This document shows, one piece after another, positions 8,561 through 16,314 of a stretch of DNA of 32,000 bases (position 1 is the first letter of the stretch; every line of letters begins with the position of its first letter). The DNA is from Planctopirus limnophila DSM 3776. GTDB lineage: Bacteria; Planctomycetota; Planctomycetia; Planctomycetales; Planctomycetaceae. The stretch lies in NCBI RefSeq assembly GCF_000092105.1, contig NC_014148.1:3450001-3482000 (forward strand). Direction: 5' to 3'. The notes under the pieces were generated by a model. That model saw only the letters and a list, made by a program, of their open reading frames with translations, was not told the origin of the DNA and searched no databases. The position numbers and the translations under genes are program-made.

Positions 8561-8589
8561 ATTGTACATGCAAGTAAAATCACTCGCAA
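8561..8589 (-). promoter_or_regulatory. candidate sigma-70-type promoter for the marR-like gene
   Basis: On the minus strand: TTGCGA (8589..8584), a 17-nt spacer, then TACAAT (8566..8561), about 30 nt upstream of the GTG start at 8531. Confidence 0.35.
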
Positions 8590-8710
8590 GGCATTTTTGA
8601 GATTTTCCAAGTGGCGCCTCGCGCACGCAGATCCATGCACGACTGCGCCCTTTAGTGGCGAGGCTAATTTCGCACCGAGCCTCCGATCCATTGGCTGCTC
8701 GACAATCCTT

Positions 8711-8746
8711 CAATAACAAAAATGCCCGGACGGAAATGTCCGGGCA
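8711..8746 (-). terminator. rho-independent terminator downstream of cphA
   Basis: The minus strand reads TGCCCGGAC-atttcc-GTCCGGGCA (9-bp GC-rich stem, 8746..8723) followed by TTTTTGTTATTG. It lies 47 nt after the stop at 8793. Confidence 0.75.
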
Positions 8747-8792
8747 CGTCGTACTCAGTGGCAAATCGTCTCAGATGCGATCACACAGCAAA

Positions 8793-11483
8793 CTATTCTT
8801 CCTCGAACGACTTCCTCGAACGATGGGGATTTGCCTGAGTGGCAACCGCCAGTGGGAGTTTCGAGATGTAGGTTTGAACGAACTGAATGGCCTCGTCGAC
8901 CTGGTCAGCCTGAATGAGTACCAGATCGCCGGGTTCCATCCGCTGGAGGCACATTTCAATCGCAACCATTTCACCACGCGTTTCGAGGATACTTGAAAGC
9001 CTACCCCCTTGAGAGAGGCCTTGCCGCATCAGTCGGATGACTTCGCCATCCGCCCGGCCGCGCGTGCATTGATCCTCGTAGATCACGATCTCATCAAAGC
9101 CACTGGCAATGAGCTGCGCCTGTCGCACGATATCTTCATCGCGGCGATCGCCTGCAGCCGTATAAACAATCCGGCGGCGGCCATGTGGCAACTGGTTGAT
9201 CGCATCGAGTAAGGCGACAATCGCCGATGAATTGTGGCCATAATCGATAATCAGCGTGGCTCCAGCCGCTTCCAGCACATTAAACCGGGCCGGTGCCTTG
9301 CGGATATCACTGCTGAACGTCTCGAGTGCCGAACGGATCGTTTCGAAGGGAATGCCCAGGGCCCAGGCCGCAGCCATCGAAGCCATGGTGTTATCGACCT
9401 GAAAACCAATCAGCCCCGAGAATGTCAGCGGGACATTATTGAGCGACGCCACTCGCGCACTCCAGCTTCCTTCGGCTGCTATGAGCCAGTTCTGCTGGGT
9501 ATAGACGGCTTTACCGCCTTTGGCCAGATGCGACTTGACTGCAGGATGATCACCTGAGCGGGCAAAGAGAATCACTTTCCCGGGGCAATAATCAGCCATG
9601 GCAAGAGTGATGGGATCTTCGGCATTCAGGACGGCATGACCATCGGGTGATACGTTCTCGACAATCACACGCTTGACGCGTCCAAGTTGTTCGGCTGTCT
9701 CAATGCCAGCCATCCCGAGATGATCGCCTTCCCCAATATTGGTCACAATGGCGACATGGCAGCGGTCAAAGCCGAGCCCTTCGCGCAGAATTCCACCACG
9801 GGCGGTTTCGAGCACAGCCGCTTCGACAGTGGGGTTTGAAAGAACAGTTCGAGCACTGCGCGGGCCACTGCAATCGCCCGTATCAATGCGACGATCATCG
9901 ATGTAGACACCATCGGTGCAGGTCATGCCGACGCATTTACCCTGCTGACGGAAGATATGTGCCATGAGGCGTGTCGTGGTCGTTTTTCCATTCGTTCCCG
10001 TCACTGACACGATGGGTACACGACCATCGTCGCCGGGAGGGAACATGGTATTTACAATTGCTTCACCCACCGGACGAGGTTGACCGGAGGAAGGCTGGAG
10101 ATGCATCCGCAGTCCCGGAGCGGCGTTGATCTCGACAATCACACCGCCCTGCTGCTCGAGCGGCCGACTGATGTCACTGGCCACCACATCGACACCGGCA
10201 ATATCGAGGCCCACCATGCGGACGGCATCAATCACTCGTGCAGCGACTTCCGGATGGACTAACTCAGTCACATCAGCAGCGCTGCCACCGGTACTGAGAT
10301 TGGCATTACGCCGCAACAGCACCAGTTGGCCTGCAGCGGGAACGGAATCGGGAATCAATCCCTGATCAGCCAGCACAGCACAGGCGATATCATCGAGCGG
10401 AATCTTGCTGAGCGGCGTGGCGTGATCTTCACCACGGCGCGGATCGAGATTGACCTCACGAACCAGTTCGCGAATGGTGTGACGCCCATCCCCCACGACT
10501 TGTGGAGGTTCACGGCGAGCAGCAGCCACCAGTTTGTAGCCGATAATCAGCAGTCGATAATCCGAACCGGGAGCAAACTTCTCGACGAGAATCTCGCGTC
10601 CTTCTTCCCGAGCTGCAGCAAAGGCAGAGAAGACCTGCTCTTTGGAAGACAGGTTAACCGCAACTCCCCGGCCCTGGTTGCCATCTTTAGGTTTGATGAC
10701 CACGGGCAGACCGATTTCGAGAGCGGCAGCCCAGGCATCTTCGGCATCCACGACCTGCCGCCCTTTAGGGACAGGGACGCCCACCGCCTCCAGAAGGTTC
10801 TTCGTCAGTTCTTTGTCCTGAACGATCGCCTCAGCCACAGCACTGGTGCGATCTGTTTCAGCCGCGAGTATGCGATGCTGTTTGCAACCATAGCCTAACT
10901 GAACCAGACTGCGGGTATTCAAGCGGCGGAAAGGGATGCCACGAGCCACAGCCGCCATGACGATCGAATTGGTACTTGGCCCGAGTCGAATCTGCTGGTC
11001 GAGTGTCCGCAGTTCGTCAACCATTTCCGCAGCAGACATCGCCAGCTCAGGAGCGTGCCCGGGAAGCAGATTCTCCAGTGCGAGGGCATGACGGGACAAA
11101 CGCAAAGCGTCCTTCAATGCCTGCCGGCCCACATCTTCTTCGCAATACTCAAAGGCAATGCGAAATAAGCCAGTCTCTCTGGTTTCGACAACGCGCCCCA
11201 GCGTGACGAGTGAACCCGCCGCATTCTGCAAGCCCACCACCAGTCGTACCACAACCTCAGCGACTCCCAGCAGGATCGAGCGATCCTGTTGTGTCTGGCT
11301 GAAGACTTCGGTTTCATCTTCCTGTGCGAGAAAGGCCGCCATCTCTGTCAGTTGTCCGCGGAACTTGGCCAGTTCCAGGGGAAACTGCATGGTCACCTGA
11401 CGCAAATCCAGGGTGGCTTCTATGACGGTCAATTGAGACCAGACATTCGGCCCACGCAACGCGCGGACATTCGCCAACTCCAT
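8793..11483 (-). CDS. cphA: cyanophycin synthetase (copy with intact G- and M-domain motifs)
   Basis: The start is taken at ATG 11483 (MELANVRALRGPNVWS, the usual CphA N-terminus); the track start 11522 is a GTG extension. ATP-grasp blocks: VVIKPKDGNQGRGV, ANLSTGGSAADVT..VHP, VIVEINAAPGLRMH. Mur-ligase-like blocks: P-loop VTGTNGKTTTTR, NIGEGDHLG, VLNAEDP, IIDYGHNS, AAGDRRDED. Confidence 0.9.
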   Translation of the reverse strand: MELANVRALRGPNVWSQLTVIEATLDLRQVTMQFPLELAKFRGQLTEMAAFLAQEDETEVFSQTQQDRSILLGVAEVVVRLVVGLQNAAGSLVTLGRVVETRETGLFRIAFEYCEEDVGRQALKDALRLSRHALALENLLPGHAPELAMSAAEMVDELRTLDQQIRLGPSTNSIVMAAVARGIPFRRLNTRSLVQLGYGCKQHRILAAETDRTSAVAEAIVQDKELTKNLLEAVGVPVPKGRQVVDAEDAWAAALEIGLPVVIKPKDGNQGRGVAVNLSSKEQVFSAFAAAREEGREILVEKFAPGSDYRLLIIGYKLVAAARREPPQVVGDGRHTIRELVREVNLDPRRGEDHATPLSKIPLDDIACAVLADQGLIPDSVPAAGQLVLLRRNANLSTGGSAADVTELVHPEVAARVIDAVRMVGLDIAGVDVVASDISRPLEQQGGVIVEINAAPGLRMHLQPSSGQPRPVGEAIVNTMFPPGDDGRVPIVSVTGTNGKTTTTRLMAHIFRQQGKCVGMTCTDGVYIDDRRIDTGDCSGPRSARTVLSNPTVEAAVLETARGGILREGLGFDRCHVAIVTNIGEGDHLGMAGIETAEQLGRVKRVIVENVSPDGHAVLNAEDPITLAMADYCPGKVILFARSGDHPAVKSHLAKGGKAVYTQQNWLIAAEGSWSARVASLNNVPLTFSGLIGFQVDNTMASMAAAWALGIPFETIRSALETFSSDIRKAPARFNVLEAAGATLIIDYGHNSSAIVALLDAINQLPHGRRRIVYTAAGDRRDEDIVRQAQLIASGFDEIVIYEDQCTRGRADGEVIRLMRQGLSQGGRLSSILETRGEMVAIEMCLQRMEPGDLVLIQADQVDEAIQFVQTYISKLPLAVATQANPHRSRKSFEEE

Positions 11484-11704
11484 AAAGCATCCTTTGTCAA
11501 TGTCGCGGCAAACTGTCGTCACTGGGAGGTGGCATAGGCACTGGCCTGCCGCCGGTCGCTGGCATCAATGATCAATTGCTGCCAATGACCCTTTTCCTGT
11601 AAAGCCCAGACTCCAGTCAGGCGACATCCTGCCGCCTCGTGCCAGTCCTGCTGCTGGCTACTGAGTGTTGATCCTGTTGTATCGTCAAAATCAAGGTCGA
11701 TCAG

Positions 11705-11998
11705 TCACAAGTTCGCTTTGAGTCGAAGTGGTAGTTCCATCAAAGCAATTCCAGCAACACTTGTCATCAAGATGATAAAAGCTGTCGCAAGAATGACGAA
11801 TTTGTGAGTAGATCCTGCTCCCTGATACGTTGCTGCTGCTCGTGTCTTGTGAATTGTTATGCAAAGAGAAATCAAATCAAAGATGATTGAAATAAGTTCC
11901 TGCGAAGTTACGCAAGTGACGCAGGCCCGGTTAACAAAAATCTTGTTCACTGAAACTGAACACCAACCCTCGCAATTTGTATCTTCAGCAAATCTCAA
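11705..11998 (-). CDS. hypothetical small protein (doubtful ORF) in the AT-rich spacer between the two cphA genes
   Basis: 97-aa track ORF with two hydrophobic stretches (LISIIFDLISLCITI and FVILATAFIILMTSVAGIALM). Its composition is unusual (Cys/Ile-rich, AT-rich codons) and I recognise no family. Confidence 0.2.
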   Translation of the reverse strand: MRFAEDTNCEGWCSVSVNKIFVNRACVTCVTSQELISIIFDLISLCITIHKTRAAATYQGAGSTHKFVILATAFIILMTSVAGIALMELPLRLKANL

Positions 11999-12104
11999 CC
12001 CGTGATTTCAAACACTTAAACTGCCAATACTGTCGATTTGGAACACCCGAGACTGAATCTTCTCTGAGTCTTCTGAAGTCGTCCCCAAGATGAAAACAGC
12101 GACT

Positions 12105-14720
12105 CTACGCTTTACTGACAAGCTCTAACCCTAGAAGCTGCTGAACCTTACGAATAGTGGCAGAAATCGCCCCAGCCTGAATCAACAGGACATCTCCCTC
12201 GCGAAAATCGTGCCAGGCAGCATCGACCGCCTTTTGCCAATCCTCTTCCAGATTCACGCAAAGCTTTTCTGAATCAGCGGTTGCACGAATTGAAGCGAGC
12301 AGAAGTTCTCTTGGTGCATCCGCACCCGTCGTGGCACAGCCTGGCAAATGATACAAGTAAAAATTCTGGAAATGCTCTGCGAGCAACTCTCCCTGTTGCG
12401 TGATATCGCTGTGGATTCGATCGTTTTCCGCAGCGTAAACCACCAACTTTCGCTGGCTCGAGAAGGCCTCCAAGCCGGCAATCGTGGCTTTAAGGGCTGA
12501 CGGATTCCGGGCATCGACGACAATCAGCGTTTTTCCACCCAATTGAAAAACGTTGAACCGGCCCGGATCGTCTGCCAGATTTCCCTGGAAGTGCTGCAAT
12601 CCAGCGGCGATTGCCGAGAACGGAATCTTGAGTCCCCAGGCGGCGGCAGTCGCAGCCAGTACGTTATCAATCTGAAAGCCGATCCGTCCGCCATGGGTAC
12701 AGGGAACATCTGCCAGACGGACAATTTGCGACGAGAGCCCGCCATCACCCGCGACAATCCAGCCGTCGCGTACGAAAACCACTTTCTTACCTTCACTGCG
12801 ATGCTGCGAAAGCACAGGCTGACGCTCATCACGGGCAAAGAAAATCACCCCGCCCGCAGAAAGTGTGGACATCTTTGCCACCCAGGGATCGGCCGCATTC
12901 AGGACTGCGAAGCCACCCGGCATCACCACATCAACCGGCGTTCGCTTCACCGAATACATCTTTTCCACAGTATGAATATCGTATTCACCCAGATGATCCG
13001 GCTCAGACAGGTTCGTGACGACAGCCACATCGCACTTGTCGAACCCTAGCCCTTCGCGGAGAATTCCGCCACGGCCCGCTTCGAGGACCGCAGCCTCGAC
13101 GGTGGGATTCAGCAGCACGGCCCGCGCACTCTTGGGCCCTGCACAATCGCCCAGCTCAATCACGCGATCTTCCACGACAATTCCGTCACTGGTGGCCACG
13201 CCGACCTTGATTCCTGCCTGACGGAGAATGCTGGCGACGAGCCGACTGGTGGTCGTTTTTCCGTTCACGCCCGTCACGCAAACCAGAGGAATGCGGCCAG
13301 AAGTTCCCGGTGGAAAGAGTCGCTCAAGAATGGCTTCTCCCACGGGGCGAGGTTTCCCGACGGCGGGCCGCAGATGCATCAATAATCCCGGCCCGGCATT
13401 CACTTCGACAATCGCCCCACCCTGCTCCTCCAGAGGCTGGGAAATGTCTTCTGTAACAATATCGACACCAGCGATATCCAATCCTACGATCCGAGCCGCC
13501 ATCACCGCATGCTCGGCGTTGCGCGGATGAACTTCATCAGTTACGTCGATCGACAAATTGTCATTCCGACGAACAATGACAACCGCACCAGCGGGAGGAA
13601 TCGACTCCGGGGTGTAACCTTGCCGCTTCAGTTCGAGCAAGACCACGCCGTCATCAAGGCGGACAGTACTCAATGGAAAAATCTCATCATCGCCCCGGCG
13701 AGGATCGCTGTTCACCTGCCGTTGAATCAATTCCGCGACGTTGTGCTCACCGTCACCCTCGATCTTGGCGGCATCTCCCCGAGAGGCGGCCACCAGCCTG
13801 TCGCCGACCACCAGCAGGCGATGCTCTGATCCTGGAGCAAAACGCTCCACAATCACACCACTTCCCTCCTGGGAAGCTACCACGAAGGCATCACGGATCT
13901 CTTCTTCCGTTTCGAGATTCATGCACACGCCACGACCATGATTGGCGTCAATCGGCTTAACAACAATGGGCCCCTCAATCTCCTGAGAAGCTTCCCACGC
14001 ATCGCCGGGGTCTTTGACCTCGCGACCTTCCGGAACAGGAACACCGGCAGCGCGGAGCATCGATTTCGTCAGGTCTTTATCCTGGGCAATCGATTCGGCA
14101 ATCGCACTCGTGCTATCAGTTTCAGCTGTCCAGATTCTTCTCTGGCGAAAGCCCTGCCCCAGTTGCACCAGACTCCCTGTGTTCAATCGTCGGTAAGGAA
14201 TGTTCCTGGCGAGAGCGGCGGAAACAATCGCCTGTGTACTTGGCCCAAGGCAAACACGATCGGCCAGTTCCCTGAGTCGAATCGTTTCAGCCTGGATGTC
14301 GAAAGGCTGGTCGTAAACGGCGGCAAGGCATAATCGATGAGCGACTTCCAGAGCCGCCCGGCCCACCGATTCTTCGGCGTATCGAATGGCGACTTTGTAG
14401 ACACCCTCTTCGGATGTTTCGCGAGCTCTGCCAAAGCCCACATTGGTGCCAGCCATTGTCTGGAGTTCGAGAGTCACATGCTCCAGGATGTGTGCGAGAT
14501 AAGTTCCCCGCCTGAGCCTCACAAAGAAACCACCCCGTTCGCCGACACTGCAGCGATGCTCGATCATGCCCGGGAGCCAGCTCATGAGTCGATCATTGAA
14601 GCCGGGAATCAGCTCCGACGAAAGATCCTTCAGCGGCCCCAGATCGACCAGAGCTTCTAAACATGGTTGACGCGACCAGATATTCGGTCCACGAAGGGCG
14701 CGGACACTCCGAATCTGCAT
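12105..14720 (-). CDS. cyanophycin synthetase-like paralogue (canonical N domain; G- and M-domain motifs partly lost)
   Basis: The start is taken at ATG 14720 (MQIRSVRALRGPNIWS); the track start 14798 is a TTG extension. Retained motifs: IEHRCSVGERGGF...GTYLAHILEHVTLELQ, KPIDANHGRGV, IVEVNAGPGLLMH and the P-loop VTGVNGKTTTSR. Missing or changed: the STGG loop, and the DYxHN and GDRRD equivalents read DARNP and ENDRI. Confidence 0.9.
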   Translation of the reverse strand: MQIRSVRALRGPNIWSRQPCLEALVDLGPLKDLSSELIPGFNDRLMSWLPGMIEHRCSVGERGGFFVRLRRGTYLAHILEHVTLELQTMAGTNVGFGRARETSEEGVYKVAIRYAEESVGRAALEVAHRLCLAAVYDQPFDIQAETIRLRELADRVCLGPSTQAIVSAALARNIPYRRLNTGSLVQLGQGFRQRRIWTAETDSTSAIAESIAQDKDLTKSMLRAAGVPVPEGREVKDPGDAWEASQEIEGPIVVKPIDANHGRGVCMNLETEEEIRDAFVVASQEGSGVIVERFAPGSEHRLLVVGDRLVAASRGDAAKIEGDGEHNVAELIQRQVNSDPRRGDDEIFPLSTVRLDDGVVLLELKRQGYTPESIPPAGAVVIVRRNDNLSIDVTDEVHPRNAEHAVMAARIVGLDIAGVDIVTEDISQPLEEQGGAIVEVNAGPGLLMHLRPAVGKPRPVGEAILERLFPPGTSGRIPLVCVTGVNGKTTTSRLVASILRQAGIKVGVATSDGIVVEDRVIELGDCAGPKSARAVLLNPTVEAAVLEAGRGGILREGLGFDKCDVAVVTNLSEPDHLGEYDIHTVEKMYSVKRTPVDVVMPGGFAVLNAADPWVAKMSTLSAGGVIFFARDERQPVLSQHRSEGKKVVFVRDGWIVAGDGGLSSQIVRLADVPCTHGGRIGFQIDNVLAATAAAWGLKIPFSAIAAGLQHFQGNLADDPGRFNVFQLGGKTLIVVDARNPSALKATIAGLEAFSSQRKLVVYAAENDRIHSDITQQGELLAEHFQNFYLYHLPGCATTGADAPRELLLASIRATADSEKLCVNLEEDWQKAVDAAWHDFREGDVLLIQAGAISATIRKVQQLLGLELVSKA
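12201..12215 (-). promoter_or_regulatory. sigma-54-type -24/-12 element match (TGGCACG-ATTT-TCGC) inside the 3' end of the upstream cphA paralogue
   Basis: Read directly on the minus strand. GG and GC have the canonical spacing. There is one mismatch to TGGCACG-N4-TTGC. It points towards the spacer and the downstream cphA. Confidence 0.25.
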
Positions 14721-14857
14721 GGCAAAACTTTCCCCGTGGGGAGGTATGGCAATCGTTGAAAAATCGCAGCGATCAACTGAAAACCCATCGCCCTGCAAAG
14801 TCCGATGACTCTTCTCGGCACTTCTAAAGTAGGTTCCAGCGATCCACTACCATTTGA

Positions 14858-15100
14858 ATGAGTGGATTATTACGACCAGTGAACCCGGATACCATGAGGA
14901 TTTTCGTGAGGAGGCAGTCTTCCCCGCTCGATTTCACTCGGACAGAACGCCTGAAACGAGAAATTCTGCAGATTCCGCTGATGGAACCGACTTCCTCCAT
15001 CATCACGTTGAAAACAGATCTGACAAAAGGAGATCTCACCTCGGAACAGCGAATTTCCCCTGTTTTGGATAAGCTGCAGAAACTCTCATCATGCATTTGA
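14858..15100 (+). CDS. hypothetical small protein (80 aa), uncertain
   Basis: ATG-initiated ORF that fills most of the gap between the divergent cphA paralogue and the Nif3-like gene. Its codon choice looks similar to neighbouring genes. I recognise no family, and the overlapping ORFs 14824..15096 (-) and 14854..15072 (+) look less protein-like. Confidence 0.25.
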   Translation: MSGLLRPVNPDTMRIFVRRQSSPLDFTRTERLKREILQIPLMEPTSSIITLKTDLTKGDLTSEQRISPVLDKLQKLSSCI

Positions 15101-15160
15101 TCCTTAATGGCGGGCCGGATTTCCGCCAGCAGTTTTCACTCGGAGCTGAGGCTGGCCACC

Positions 15161-16270
15161 ATGACTGTACCCACCGTGCGGCACGTTATTGAAGTGCTTG
15201 AACAGATCGCAAGCCCTTACCTGGCTGCCAGTTGGGACAACACAGGCCTGTTGCTCGGCAGCCCCGAGATGGATGCCGGCAGAATTTTGACTTGTCTCTC
15301 GCTCACCAGCGATGTCGCTCAAGAAGCCATCGAAACAAATGCGCAATTGATTGTGACGCATCATCCGGTGCTCTTTAAACCCGTTCAGAAACTGACGACA
15401 CAATCGGTGGAAGGAGCATTCCTCTGGAAACTGGCCCGAGCCGGAATTTCCGTCTATTCACCACATACGGCATGGGATGACGCACCGACTGGTATCAATC
15501 AGCAATTGGCCGAACGGCTGGGACTTCACGCCATTCAGCCATTGCGTGTCAAACCCCTCTCTGCTGCACTCAAAATTGTGACTTTTGTCCCCGAAAACTC
15601 ATTGGAAATCGTGGCGGAAGCGATCTGGCAAGCCGGTGCGGGCACGATTGGAGAGTACAGTCGGTGCAGTTTCTTCCATGCCGGGACCGGGACCTTCCAA
15701 GGGTCTGCAGCTACGAATCCCACAGTGGGAACAGCCGGAGTTTTTGAGAGAGCTCCGGAGTTTCGCCTGGAGATTCTCTGCCCGAAAAATCGATTGGAGG
15801 CTGCACTCAAGGCACTTCGAGCCGCTCATCCTTACGAAGAACCTGCCATTGATGTGATCCCATTAGAACCTTCGAGCGGTTCCTGGGGCAGCGGCCGTCG
15901 CGGAGTCTTGCATCAGCCTGAAACATTGAAGGCCTTTGCCGAGCGTTGCCGGGACGTGTTGCAATCCGGGCACGTCATGGTGGTGGGGGATGCCGAACGC
16001 CTCGTGACAACCGTCGCTATTGCCTGTGGCGCAGCGGGTGAGTATCTGAGCGATGCCCGGCGGGCCGGCTGCGATCTCTTCCTCACGGGGGAAGCACGCT
16101 TCCACACCGCACTGGAAGCTCGCGAACATCGCACAGGGCTGGTACTGGCTGGTCATTTCGCCACCGAGCGATTTGCCATGGAAGCCCTGGCGAACCGTCT
16201 GCAACAGGAGTTTCCTGAGGCGAACGTCTCCGCCAGTCAAGTGGAGCAAGACCCGATCTGGTTCTGCTGA
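15161..16270 (+). CDS. Nif3-like dinuclear metal centre protein (YqfO/YbgI family, long form with insert domain)
   Basis: ASWDNTGLLLG, LIVTHHPVLFKP, VYSPHTAWD and the C-terminal DLFLTGEARFH are the family's conserved blocks. ATG 15161 (MTVPTVRHVIEVLEQI) fits family N-termini better than the track start 15107. Confidence 0.85.
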   Translation: MTVPTVRHVIEVLEQIASPYLAASWDNTGLLLGSPEMDAGRILTCLSLTSDVAQEAIETNAQLIVTHHPVLFKPVQKLTTQSVEGAFLWKLARAGISVYSPHTAWDDAPTGINQQLAERLGLHAIQPLRVKPLSAALKIVTFVPENSLEIVAEAIWQAGAGTIGEYSRCSFFHAGTGTFQGSAATNPTVGTAGVFERAPEFRLEILCPKNRLEAALKALRAAHPYEEPAIDVIPLEPSSGSWGSGRRGVLHQPETLKAFAERCRDVLQSGHVMVVGDAERLVTTVAIACGAAGEYLSDARRAGCDLFLTGEARFHTALEAREHRTGLVLAGHFATERFAMEALANRLQQEFPEANVSASQVEQDPIWFC

Positions 16271-16314
16271 AGTTTTTCAACTCAAGTCGGCAGCGAAACT
16301 GTGATTTTCTGGCC

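Noticed and set aside
11484-11522. N-terminal extensions in the ORF track: cphA to 11522, the cphA paralogue to 14798, the DUF1559 gene to 20940, the lipoprotein to 19849, cydB to 31961, Nif3 from 15107 and pfk from 23280.
   Set aside because: Where I checked the codon, the extension starts at a non-ATG codon (GTG at 11522, TTG at 14798). In every case an internal ATG reproduces the conserved family N-terminus (MELANVRALRGPN, MQIRSVRALRGPN, MPRFRGFTLIELL, lipobox, MNPDAILP, MTVPT, MKRIAIL). The cydB extension overlaps the cydA reading frame.
11705-11707. The in-frame TGA between the 97-aa ORF and the following 61 open codons, as a possible selenocysteine or read-through site.
   Set aside because: I recognised no SECIS-like hairpin immediately downstream and saw no selenoprotein family resemblance. 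A 61-codon open stretch has a chance probability of roughly 5%. It is kept only as a descriptive note in the spacer finding.
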